Source: Bacteroidales bacterium
GTDB taxonomy: Bacteria > Bacteroidota > Bacteroidia > Bacteroidales > FEN-979
Direction of reading: 5' to 3'
NCBI GenBank assembly: GCA_963662525.1
Contig: OY759717.1
Span: 3,157,670-3,221,669 of the forward strand
DNA length: 64,000 nt
Part shown: positions 31,260 to 39,409 of the stretch, piece by piece
How the letters are laid out: each line of letters opens with the position of its first letter
Numbering within the stretch: the first letter of the stretch is position 1
Program-made: the position numbers and the translations under genes
The notes under the pieces: model-generated
What the model was told of the DNA's origin: nothing
The model's input: the letters and a program-made list of their open reading frames with translations, nothing else
Database searches by the model: none

Positions 31260-32461
31260 AAAACAGAGTTTGTGAGTTTGCTGATAATTGCATCACCCAT
31301 TTGCTGGGTAGTGGCAGCTCCCTTGCTGAAAACCTCAGGAGTACCCGACAGTTTCATCATATCGTAAGTCTTGACCTTTCCTTCTTCAATCACATCGGCA
31401 ACTGCTTTACTTATTTTGGCTGCAATGTCGTTTTCTCCCAGGTGTTCAAGCATCAGGACAGCAGAAAGGACCATCGCTGTAGGATTCACAATCGAAGGAT
31501 TAAATTCTGCATATTTGGGTGCAGATCCATGGGTAGGCTCAAAAACGGCAATTTCCGGCCCGATGTTGGCGCTGCAGGCGAAACCCAGTCCGCCGATCAA
31601 TCCGGCAAAACCATCTGAAACGATATCACCGAACATATTGCCGGCAACGATGACATTATAGATTTCTGGGTTTTTGGTGAGCCACATCATCTGGGCATCA
31701 ATGTTGGTATCCTGTACTTTGATTCCGGGATATTCGTTCCTGGCCATTTCCTGGGCAACTTTAAGCATCATACCAGAAGTTTCACGGATAACATTGGGTT
31801 TTTCACAAACCGTTATAGCCCCGAAACCTTTAGTCTTGGCATATTCCAAAGCTGCTCTGACGATGCGGGAAGTATATTTTTTTGTAAAAATCCTTGTGGA
31901 TACGGCAAGTTCCGGGCGAGGACACCAGGCAAAATTGTCTCTGAATTTTTTATGGGTCATAAGGGCATCATAAACCTGATCGGGAGGATTGGTCCACTCG
32001 ACACCACCATATAAGCCTTCAGTATTCTGACGGAAGATCATGGTATCGATAATAGGCTCTTCGATCACACCTCCAAAACCGCGCCGGATAAAGTTCAGCG
32101 GATTGCCTTTAAATGTCTTGCAGGGACGCATGCAAATATCAAGGTCGTATTTTTGACGCATGGTAACAATAGGACTGTAATAGGTAAATCCTTTCCCTTT
32201 GAGTTCTGGAGTTAATTCTGCTTCGGTTTTATCCTTGGGTTTTGATGTGATGGCACCGAAAAGGCCAATTTTATGTTCTTCCAGCAGCTTTTGTGTTCGG
32301 ACTGGAAAAGGATCACCTTCCTTACACCAGAATTCCCAGCCAATATCGCCGTGAACATAATCTGCCTTGAAACCTGCTGCATCCAGAACTCGGATAGCTT
32401 CATTCAGTACTACTTTCCCGATGCCATCTCCCGGCATCGTTACAATGGTTCTCTTTGCCAT
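31256..32461 (-). CDS. Isocitrate / isopropylmalate / homoisocitrate dehydrogenase family protein
   Basis: MPGDGIGKVV N-terminus, FRQNTEGLYGG, NMFGDIVSD, GSAPKYA motifs of beta-decarboxylating dehydrogenases. Confidence 0.8.
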   Translation of the reverse strand: MAKRTIVTMPGDGIGKVVLNEAIRVLDAAGFKADYVHGDIGWEFWCKEGDPFPVRTQKLLEEHKIGLFGAITSKPKDKTEAELTPELKGKGFTYYSPIVTMRQKYDLDICMRPCKTFKGNPLNFIRRGFGGVIEEPIIDTMIFRQNTEGLYGGVEWTNPPDQVYDALMTHKKFRDNFAWCPRPELAVSTRIFTKKYTSRIVRAALEYAKTKGFGAITVCEKPNVIRETSGMMLKVAQEMARNEYPGIKVQDTNIDAQMMWLTKNPEIYNVIVAGNMFGDIVSDGFAGLIGGLGFACSANIGPEIAVFEPTHGSAPKYAEFNPSIVNPTAMVLSAVLMLEHLGENDIAAKISKAVADVIEEGKVKTYDMMKLSGTPEVFSKGAATTQQMGDAIISKLTNSVL

Positions 32462-32506
32462 AAATTTGGATTTTATTTGAAGTTATTTTATCCACAATCG
32501 GGGCGT

Positions 32507-32514
32507 CAAAGATA
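32507..32514 (-). promoter_or_regulatory. Bacteroidota -7 promoter box TATCTTTG (minus strand)
   Basis: The plus strand reads caaagata, 46 nt upstream of the IDH-like start. Confidence 0.4.
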
Positions 32515-32581
32515 CAATACCTGCAGATATCCCCAAAACATGAGATGCAAATTTTTAAACGAATTTTCTCCTTCTATTCCT

Positions 32582-32589
32582 TACTTTTG
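32582..32589 (+). promoter_or_regulatory. Bacteroidota -7 promoter box TACTTTTG
   Basis: Exact TAnnTTTG match. It lies inside the ATG-extended ORF of the track, which favours the in-frame TTG at 32629 as start. Confidence 0.45.
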
Positions 32590-32628
32590 CAAAAAAAAAT
32601 ATCGTTTACTTTGTTACTTTGTCGCCAA

Positions 32629-34044
32629 TTGAAAAAGCATTTAACCCATCCCATCTTCAATCTTGTTTCTGAAGTCAGCAATGAACTTGGTGTACAGGCT
32701 TTTGTAATTGGTGGTTTTGTCCGCGATTTATTTCTGGACCGCGACAATAAACAGGATATCGATATCGTCGTGTTAGGCAGCGGAATTGATTTTGCCCATG
32801 AGGTTGCCCGTAAAACAGGCGTGGATACGCCGGTTAAATTTTTTCAGAATTTCGGCACTGCCATGCTTTCATATCATGGTTATAAAATTGAATTTGTTGG
32901 TGCCCGCAAGGAATCTTACCGCAGGAACTCCCGGAAACCCATTGTGGAAAACGGCTCACTTGAGGATGATCAGAATCGTCGCGATTTCACCATCAATGCC
33001 TTGGCTATTGATCTGAGCCCGGCAGGTTTCGGCACCTTGCTTGATCCTTTCCGGGGGCTTGCCGATCTGGAGAAGAAAATCATCCGGACTCCGCTTGAAC
33101 CCGGGATCACCTTCTCAGATGATCCCCTGAGAATGATGCGGGCCATACGGTTTGCTTCACAATTGAACTTTTCCATTGAGTCTGGTTGTTATCAGGCGAT
33201 ACGCGATAATGCTGAAAGGATCACGATCGTTTCCCCGGAACGCATCGTGGATGAACTTAACCTGATCATTCTGTCATCAATTCCTTCCAGAGGTTTTATC
33301 ATGCTGGATGAAACAGGTCTTCTTCCATTGATTTTTCCTGAATTCATGGAACTGAAGGGATCGGAAGTGATCGATGGTAAAGGACATAAGGATAATTTTT
33401 ACCATACCCTGGCTGTACTTGATAATGTCGCCGCAAAAAGTGATAACCTCTGGCTCCGCTGGTCGGCAATTCTTCATGATATTGCGAAACCTCAGACCAA
33501 AAAATTTATCCCGGGTATTGGCTGGACTTTCCATACCCATGAATTCAAAGGATATAAAATGGTTCCGACCATTTTTAAAAAATTGAAACTTCCTTTGAAT
33601 GAGAAGATGAAATTTGTTGCCAAAATGGTATTGCTTCATCTTCGCCCTATTGTTCTTTCTGAAGATGTGGTCACCGACTCGGCAGTCAGAAGGCTGCTTT
33701 TTGAAGCAGGAGATGATATTGATGACCTGATGCTGTTATGTGAAGCAGATATCACCTCAAAGAATCAGAATAAAGTGAAAAGGTTTCTTGAGAATTTTGA
33801 AATAGTCCGCCAAAAGCTTAAGGAAATTGAAGCAAAGGACCGTCTCAGAAACTGGCAACCTCCGGTGACCGGGGAGGTTATCATGAAGGCGTTCAGAATA
33901 AATCCGTCAAAGGAAGTCGGACTTATTAAAGACGCTATTACCGAAGCCATTCTGGAAGGCGAAATTCCCAATGAGTACGAAGCAGCCTACCAGCGAATGC
34001 TTCTGGAAGGGAAAAAATTGGGATTAGAACCTGCCCTTTCATAA
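32629..34044 (+). CDS. cca: CCA tRNA nucleotidyltransferase / poly(A) polymerase family protein with HD domain
   Basis: GGFVRDLFL..DIDIVV nucleotidyltransferase head, RDFTINAL, HD domain ILHDIAKP. The start is uncertain (TTG 32629 versus ATG 32545). Confidence 0.75.
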   Translation: MKKHLTHPIFNLVSEVSNELGVQAFVIGGFVRDLFLDRDNKQDIDIVVLGSGIDFAHEVARKTGVDTPVKFFQNFGTAMLSYHGYKIEFVGARKESYRRNSRKPIVENGSLEDDQNRRDFTINALAIDLSPAGFGTLLDPFRGLADLEKKIIRTPLEPGITFSDDPLRMMRAIRFASQLNFSIESGCYQAIRDNAERITIVSPERIVDELNLIILSSIPSRGFIMLDETGLLPLIFPEFMELKGSEVIDGKGHKDNFYHTLAVLDNVAAKSDNLWLRWSAILHDIAKPQTKKFIPGIGWTFHTHEFKGYKMVPTIFKKLKLPLNEKMKFVAKMVLLHLRPIVLSEDVVTDSAVRRLLFEAGDDIDDLMLLCEADITSKNQNKVKRFLENFEIVRQKLKEIEAKDRLRNWQPPVTGEVIMKAFRINPSKEVGLIKDAITEAILEGEIPNEYEAAYQRMLLEGKKLGLEPALS

Positions 34045-34051
34045 TTTTTTT

Positions 34052-34059
34052 TACTTTTG
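34052..34059 (+). promoter_or_regulatory. Bacteroidota -7 promoter box TACTTTTG
   Basis: Exact match 25 nt upstream of ATG 34084. It overlaps the TTG start at 34057 used by the ORF track. Confidence 0.4.
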
Positions 34060-34083
34060 AATTCTTTAATAGCCCACACAAGC

Positions 34084-34857
34084 ATGTTAGTTTACCGTTT
34101 TAGAATGACATCGGAAGATCATGAAAGTTTCATCAGGGAAATAGAAATTTTGCCGGGTCAGACTTTTCTTGATTTTCATACTATCATCATGGAATCTGCA
34201 GAATTGATTCATTGCCAGCGTGCTTCTTTTTTTCTGACCGATAAAATTTACAAAAAGCATCAGGAGATCACCCTGAAAACAGAAAAGCGGCAAATCAGGC
34301 AATATGATGACGATCTTGACCAGATCGTTAACGTGTCAGTGACTTTACCTTTGATGAAAGCTTCAAAGCTTAAAAACTATATTGAAGATCCCCATCAGAA
34401 GATGATTTATGAATTCCATGGTAAAGAGTTCTTTTCATTTCACATTGAATTATTTAAAATCGTTCAGTCCGATGGTTCCTTTAGCTTTCCACGGTGCAAT
34501 AAACGGAATGGTGAACTACCCAGAAAAGCGGAAGTACCTGCCGTGTCGGTGGAAGAACCGGTGGTGGCGAAAGTTGTAATTCCTAAGATTATTATCCCAA
34601 AACCTGAATCACTGGCCAAATTGGATCATATCCAGGAAGATGAATCTGAAATTTTAGCGATAGAAAGCCAGTTAAGTGAATTGCAGGAGGAAGAAGAATC
34701 TCCCATTTTTGAAGCTCAGGAAGTATACGCGGAAAACGAGTCCGAAGGCCATTCCTATGAAGAGGAGGAACAGATGGAACATATCGAGGATTATGATGAT
34801 ATGGATAAGCTTGAAAGAAAATATTCAGGCTTCGATCATGATTCCGATGATTACTGA
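34084..34857 (+). CDS. Hypothetical protein with an acidic C-terminal tail (N-terminus faintly resembles the pRiA4b ORF-3 / MM3350-like fold)
   Basis: YRFRM...FIREIEILPGQTFLDFHTIIMES loosely echoes the Y.F.V...IWRRI.V....TL.DLH..I pattern. The C-terminal third is Glu/Asp-rich. Confidence 0.45.
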   Translation: MLVYRFRMTSEDHESFIREIEILPGQTFLDFHTIIMESAELIHCQRASFFLTDKIYKKHQEITLKTEKRQIRQYDDDLDQIVNVSVTLPLMKASKLKNYIEDPHQKMIYEFHGKEFFSFHIELFKIVQSDGSFSFPRCNKRNGELPRKAEVPAVSVEEPVVAKVVIPKIIIPKPESLAKLDHIQEDESEILAIESQLSELQEEEESPIFEAQEVYAENESEGHSYEEEEQMEHIEDYDDMDKLERKYSGFDHDSDDY

Positions 34858-35755
34858 TTTACCCTTATTGGTCGTTTTATCCGGCCCTACTGCTGTTGGT
34901 AAAACATCTGTGGCCATTCAACTGGCAAAGGCTCTTTCCGCAGAGATCATTTCTGCCGATTCCCGGCAATTTTTCAGGGAAATGACTATCGGAACAGCAT
35001 GTCCATCTTTGGAACAATTATCTTCCGTTCCCCACCATTTCATTCAGCAACTTTCCATTCACGATAACTACAACATCGGTTTGTATGAAAAAGAAGTTCT
35101 GGCGAAACTTGATGTGATTTTTCAGAAGTCTAGATATGCTTTAATAGTTGGAGGATCAGGTTTATACATCAGGGCCGTATGCCATGGAACAGATCTGATG
35201 CCCGACAATGACCCGACGATCAGAACGGAACTTAAATTGCTTTTTGGGAAAGAAGGCATTCAGGCATTACAAAAAAAATTAAAGGTGCTTGATCCTGAAT
35301 ATTATGAAAAAGTTGACCGGGATAATCCGGTCCGGCTTATCCGGGCACTGGAAGTATGTATATCTTCAGGCTCAGCATATTCTTCACTGCGAAAAAACAA
35401 ACCTGCTGCAAGAAAATTCAGGATCATCAAACTGGGATTAACATTACCCAGGGAGGAACTTTATCGCAGGATCAACTTCAGAACAGAAGAAATGATGGAG
35501 GCTGGCCTGCTTGATGAAGCCCGGGGACTTTATCCGCTTCGTCATTTAAATGCATTGAATACAGTAGGATATAAAGAATTATTCCAGTATTTTGATGGGG
35601 AAATATCCTTGCCTGCTGCGATTGAAATGATAAAACAGAATACCCGTCATTATGCCAAGAGACAGATGACCTGGATGAGAAAAGACCCTCAGATTAAATG
35701 GTTTTCGCCTGAACAGAAAGCGGACATATTTAAACTAATTAAGAATGAGGAATGA
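34847..35755 (+). CDS. miaA: tRNA dimethylallyltransferase
   Basis: LLVVLSGPTAVGKTS P-loop, SADSRQFFREM, GGSGLY, AKRQMTW. The start is ATG 34847 or 34838 and overlaps the upstream gene end. Confidence 0.85.
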   Translation: MITDLPLLVVLSGPTAVGKTSVAIQLAKALSAEIISADSRQFFREMTIGTACPSLEQLSSVPHHFIQQLSIHDNYNIGLYEKEVLAKLDVIFQKSRYALIVGGSGLYIRAVCHGTDLMPDNDPTIRTELKLLFGKEGIQALQKKLKVLDPEYYEKVDRDNPVRLIRALEVCISSGSAYSSLRKNKPAARKFRIIKLGLTLPREELYRRINFRTEEMMEAGLLDEARGLYPLRHLNALNTVGYKELFQYFDGEISLPAAIEMIKQNTRHYAKRQMTWMRKDPQIKWFSPEQKADIFKLIKNEE

Positions 35756-36602
35756 GGAATCTGGAATTGTTATGGAAAGAGATCAACCCGTCGATGGGGG
35801 ATTTGTGGATTATCCCAGCTTTAATTCCTTTTGATTCTGCTGCTTCAACCAAAATACTCTTGTAATAATAAGCAATAGAACCTACAAAGCCGACTTTAAG
35901 CTCCCGGTAATTTTTATAGTGCTTTATCTGGGCATTAAAGAAGGCAAGAAAGGAATTTCTTACCAACTGGTAAATAAACGGATGCTGCTGCCTGGGGGCA
36001 AGAAACTCACTGAATCCGGCCAGAAACCTGTTGGGAGAAGGGCGGTTATAAAGCGAGTTCAGGATATCCTCCAGGGTTAACTGATATTTTTCTACGAATG
36101 CTTTTTCCAGATCTGAAGGCAATTCTTTCTTTAGATAATTTCCCAAAAATATTTTTCCCAGGTAGGAGCCAGCCCCCTCATCTCCGTATAGATAGCCAAG
36201 CGAATCCACTTTTGAATGACAGCTGATTCCATCATAATAACAAGCGTTGCATCCGGTGCCCAGAATACCGGCAATTCCCTGCGTTTGCCCGAACAATGAT
36301 CTAGCGGCTCCGAGAATATCGTGACAGACTTGGATATCTGCTTTTCTGAAATAGATGGCCAGGGCATCACGAATAATGGAATTATTATTTTCTGTTGAAC
36401 AGCCTGCTCCATAAAAATGAATTTCCCGGATATGGTCAGGGACAAGGAATGGCAGCAATTCAGCAATCAATATGGATTCGATGCTTTCGGAAGTATGGAA
36501 ATATGGATTCAGACCAACAGTTTTAATCCTTTTTTTTTCATTGCCGTCTTCTGTCAACACCCAGGTGGTTTTAGTAGATCCGCTGTCTGCAATCAATTTC
36601 AT
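35739..36602 (-). CDS. BadF/BadG/BcrA/BcrD-type ATPase (N-acetylglucosamine kinase-like)
   Basis: MKLIADSGSTKTTW, GILGTGCNA, YGDEGAGSYLG are ASKHA-fold motifs. Confidence 0.7.
   Translation of the reverse strand: MKLIADSGSTKTTWVLTEDGNEKKRIKTVGLNPYFHTSESIESILIAELLPFLVPDHIREIHFYGAGCSTENNNSIIRDALAIYFRKADIQVCHDILGAARSLFGQTQGIAGILGTGCNACYYDGISCHSKVDSLGYLYGDEGAGSYLGKIFLGNYLKKELPSDLEKAFVEKYQLTLEDILNSLYNRPSPNRFLAGFSEFLAPRQQHPFIYQLVRNSFLAFFNAQIKHYKNYRELKVGFVGSIAYYYKSILVEAAESKGIKAGIIHKSPIDGLISFHNNSRFLIPHS
35743..35770. repeat. 7-nt tandem repeat GAATGAG-like x4
   Basis: gaatgag gaatgag gaatctg gaattgt. It supplies the last codons of miaA (plus strand) and of the convergent BadF-type gene (minus strand). 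Confidence 0.75.
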
Positions 36603-36639
36603 AATCCTATTATTATATTAACTCTTCATTCCTGACTCC

Positions 36640-37446
36640 TTATTTAATTAATGCCGTCTCTTTGTTTTTCAGTCCCTTTGCTTCTTTCAGGTAAGCTTTT
36701 ACAGTTCCGACAATGATCTTTGCTTCAATGTAGATAGGCACCTTGTTGGCATCATCAGTTACCCATACCAGCACATCTTCATCACCCCGGAAAATGGTAC
36801 CTTCCACCATTTTTGCAGCAAATTTCGTACAGCGGTATTTCTTTCCATCTATGTTTTCAATGACTTCTTTCCCCAATGGACGGATATAGATGTTGTAGTA
36901 ACCGTCATCGATAAGCACAGGGATCTGTTTTTTGAAATCTTTGGTAATATTAGGTAAATCAAGGGTACGGGTATAATAAACGGCTGAAAGCATGTCAAAA
37001 CTGCAGGGTTTTATTCTGAGTGTATCCGATCTCTGAGGATTGCCGTTGGTTTTGGTATTGGAATAAACAACCTGAAGAGGTCTGTCGAATTTCATCGTAT
37101 TCAGCAAGGTATATCCCCCTTCATAGATATAACGACGAAATTCAATGGAATGGAAAGTGTCAGGATCTACCCATGAATCATAATAGTCTCTGACTTTAAA
37201 TAAAAAATCATAGGATTTAAATGTTTTCCCGGTACTTTTCAGGTGCCAGGTAGGCTTCCCAAGAAATATCTCTTTGGTGGCAGAAAAGGTTACCAGGCCG
37301 GCATCAACCCAAACCGGTCCCCAGTTGTATGAAACAGTATAGGAGATCTCCTCCCCGTCACCAAAGGCATCATTGGCAGTAAAGCATTGTGCATTTAAAG
37401 TTAAGGCAGGGATTAAGGCTGTAAATATCAGAAAATATCGAATCAT
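36640..37446 (-). CDS. DUF3108 domain-containing protein
   Basis: Signal peptide MIRYFLIFTALIPALTLNAQ and GEEISYTVSYNWGPVWVDAG. Start chosen at ATG 37446. Confidence 0.65.
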   Translation of the reverse strand: MIRYFLIFTALIPALTLNAQCFTANDAFGDGEEISYTVSYNWGPVWVDAGLVTFSATKEIFLGKPTWHLKSTGKTFKSYDFLFKVRDYYDSWVDPDTFHSIEFRRYIYEGGYTLLNTMKFDRPLQVVYSNTKTNGNPQRSDTLRIKPCSFDMLSAVYYTRTLDLPNITKDFKKQIPVLIDDGYYNIYIRPLGKEVIENIDGKKYRCTKFAAKMVEGTIFRGDEDVLVWVTDDANKVPIYIEAKIIVGTVKAYLKEAKGLKNKETALIK

Positions 37447-37462
37447 GTATAGTGATTTCAGA

Positions 37463-38911
37463 TCATGCCGTGCAATCCGGCTTGTTTTTATTCCATAGAA
37501 AGTATACCGGTATGCCAAGGATAACGATAAGAAACCCTGGCCAGGTATAAATCGGTTTAAAAATTAACAGGATCATCATGATCAGGGAAGCAAGAACAAT
37601 ATAAACTGCAGGAATGAATGGATACCCAAAGGCTTTGTAAGGCCTTTCCAGTTCAGGTTTATTTTTTCTCAGAACAAATATCCCGGAAATGGTTAGTACA
37701 TAGAAGATCAGTACAGCAAAAACAACATAATCCAGCAATTGACCATACGTTCCGGAAAGGCATAATAAGCCGGCCCAGATGGCCTGAACAAAGAGCCCGT
37801 AAGCCGGAACTCCTTTGGAATTCAAATGCCCTGCTTTTTTGAAAAACAATCCGTCAACAGCCATGGAATAATAGACTCTGGCACCGGATAAAATCAGCCC
37901 ATTGTTGCACCCGAAAGTTGAAATAACGATGAATACAGCCATGATGATGACGGCATAATTTCCGAACAGACCTGAAATGGCAGCAGTTCCGAGTCTGTCG
38001 TTCAGCGCGTATTGCATGCCGCGTGCCGTGATATCTCCACCCGTGGGTTCTCCCCTGAGCGGAAGTACGGTAAGGTAAACTACGTTGGCCAGTATATAAA
38101 GTAAAGTAACAAGAATGGTCCCGAAAGCCAGGCTCAGTGGAATATTTTTTCTTGGATTGATCACCTCGCCTGCAGTGAAAGTGATATTGTTCCAGGCATC
38201 CGAGGAAAACAAGGTCCCTACCATGGCCATACCCAAAGCCGCAATCAGTGCGAAACCGGAGATCGGGATGTCTTGTCCGCCCGGACCTTCTTGCATGGGT
38301 TGCCAGAATATTTTTTCATTGATGTTGATGGCGCCGGAATTGGTAGCAAAGCCAAGCCCGACAACAATGAACCCGACGACCAGTAAAACTTTTCCGGTGG
38401 TAAAGGCATTCTGAACCCGCTTCCCTTCCTGGATTCCCCTGGAGTTGATCCAGGTAAGGATGGCAATGGAGGCAATGGCCACGATCTGCACTGGCCCGAA
38501 TTTGAAAAAGCCTGCTTTGAACCAGATCACATCCTCCGAAACCCAGGGCACCAATACCCCGAAAAATTTGGCAAAAGCCATGCCCACAGCGGCAATGGTG
38601 CCGGTCTGTATTACCAGGAACATGGTCCAGCCGAAAAGAAAGCCGATAAGCGGGTTATACGCTTCCTTAAGATATACATATTGTCCGCCGGCTTTCGGGA
38701 ACATGGCAGCCAGTTCTCCATAGCTTAGCGCCGCACAGATGGTCAGAAACCCTGCAAGCAGCCAGGCAATCATCAGCCAGCCCGGGGAGCCCAGCTGACG
38801 GGAAACATCAGCACTGACAATGAAAATCCCCGAACCGATCATCGATCCGGCCACAATCGCCGTGGAATCGAATAAATTCAAACTTTTTTTAAAGGTTTGT
38901 TCCCTGTTCAT
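37463..38911 (-). CDS. APC-family amino acid permease
   Basis: About 12 predicted TM helices, GSGIF and GELAAMFPKAGGQYVY motifs. Confidence 0.85.
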   Translation of the reverse strand: MNREQTFKKSLNLFDSTAIVAGSMIGSGIFIVSADVSRQLGSPGWLMIAWLLAGFLTICAALSYGELAAMFPKAGGQYVYLKEAYNPLIGFLFGWTMFLVIQTGTIAAVGMAFAKFFGVLVPWVSEDVIWFKAGFFKFGPVQIVAIASIAILTWINSRGIQEGKRVQNAFTTGKVLLVVGFIVVGLGFATNSGAININEKIFWQPMQEGPGGQDIPISGFALIAALGMAMVGTLFSSDAWNNITFTAGEVINPRKNIPLSLAFGTILVTLLYILANVVYLTVLPLRGEPTGGDITARGMQYALNDRLGTAAISGLFGNYAVIIMAVFIVISTFGCNNGLILSGARVYYSMAVDGLFFKKAGHLNSKGVPAYGLFVQAIWAGLLCLSGTYGQLLDYVVFAVLIFYVLTISGIFVLRKNKPELERPYKAFGYPFIPAVYIVLASLIMMILLIFKPIYTWPGFLIVILGIPVYFLWNKNKPDCTA

Positions 38912-38917
38912 GAAGCT

Positions 38918-38966
38918 CAGATTACAGATTACTGATCGCCCATCGCCTATCGCTATCGCCTATCGC
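38918..38966. repeat. Mixed 7-nt tandem repeats (CAGATTA x2, then YATCGCC x5)
   Basis: cagatta cagatta ctgatcgcc catcgcc tatcgc tatcgcc tatcgc, immediately upstream of the permease start. Confidence 0.8.
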
Positions 38967-39160
38967 TTTCCGACCCTGCAAGTTAAAAATATTTTTCAAA
39001 TCAGTTTGGTAAGGTAATTAGGTAAAGTAAACGGGTCATCACACTCTTGTTCACTTTGAAGGCAGAAACAGTTTGCATATCCAGAACCAATATCTGTATG
39101 GCAATTTACTCCCCACGGGAAATACCGAGGAGTTGCAGGAATTTAAGGGGCAAAGTGTTC

Positions 39161-39237
39161 TGGTAGCGGGATCGAGATTTGAACTCGAGACCTCCGGGTT
39201 ATGAATCCGACGCTCTAACCAACTGAGCTACCCCGCC
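39161..39237 (-). tRNA. tRNA with CAU anticodon (Met, or Ile2 if lysidinylated), CCA-encoded
   Basis: The reverse complement folds by eye into a cloverleaf: GGCGGGG TA GCTC AGTTGGTTA GAGC G TCGGA TTCATAA CCCGG AGGTC TCGAG TTCAAAT CTCGA TCCCGCT A CCA. Confidence 0.8.
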
Positions 39238-39251
39238 AGGTTTGAAGGGTG

Positions 39252-39259
39252 CAAAGATA
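39252..39259 (-). promoter_or_regulatory. Bacteroidota -7 promoter box TATCTTTG (minus strand)
   Basis: The plus strand reads caaagata, 15 nt upstream of the tRNA 5' end. Confidence 0.5.
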
Positions 39260-39409
39260 TAAAAATTCCTATTCAGGAAGAATGCTGAAATACTACTTTT
39301 TTTATTCGTATTTTTTTTTATTTCTATGTTCATTCACAGTTTTATAAATTTTATTGTATATTTATCGAAAGTTCCAAATACAGAATCAGGTAATTAAAAA
39401 AAATACCTC

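Noticed and set aside
34676-34846. The long N-terminal extension of miaA given by the ORF track (start at 34676).
   Set aside because: The extension is out of frame with, and overlaps, the upstream acidic protein gene, and its basic low-complexity translation looks spurious. The conserved MiaA sequence begins just before the P-loop, so ATG 34847 or 34838 was chosen.
39161-39237. Calling the tRNA-CAU an initiator tRNA-fMet.
   Set aside because: Position 1-72 is a G-U pair rather than the C-A mismatch typical of bacterial initiators. The anticodon stem has GGA/CCC rather than three clean G-C pairs. The tRNA cannot be distinguished from elongator Met or lysidine-modified Ile2 by eye, so it is left as tRNA-CAU.
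38912-39409. A mobile element or prophage remnant integrated at the tRNA.
   Set aside because: No integrase, transposase or phage-like ORF flanks the tRNA. I did not see a direct repeat of the tRNA 3' end nearby.
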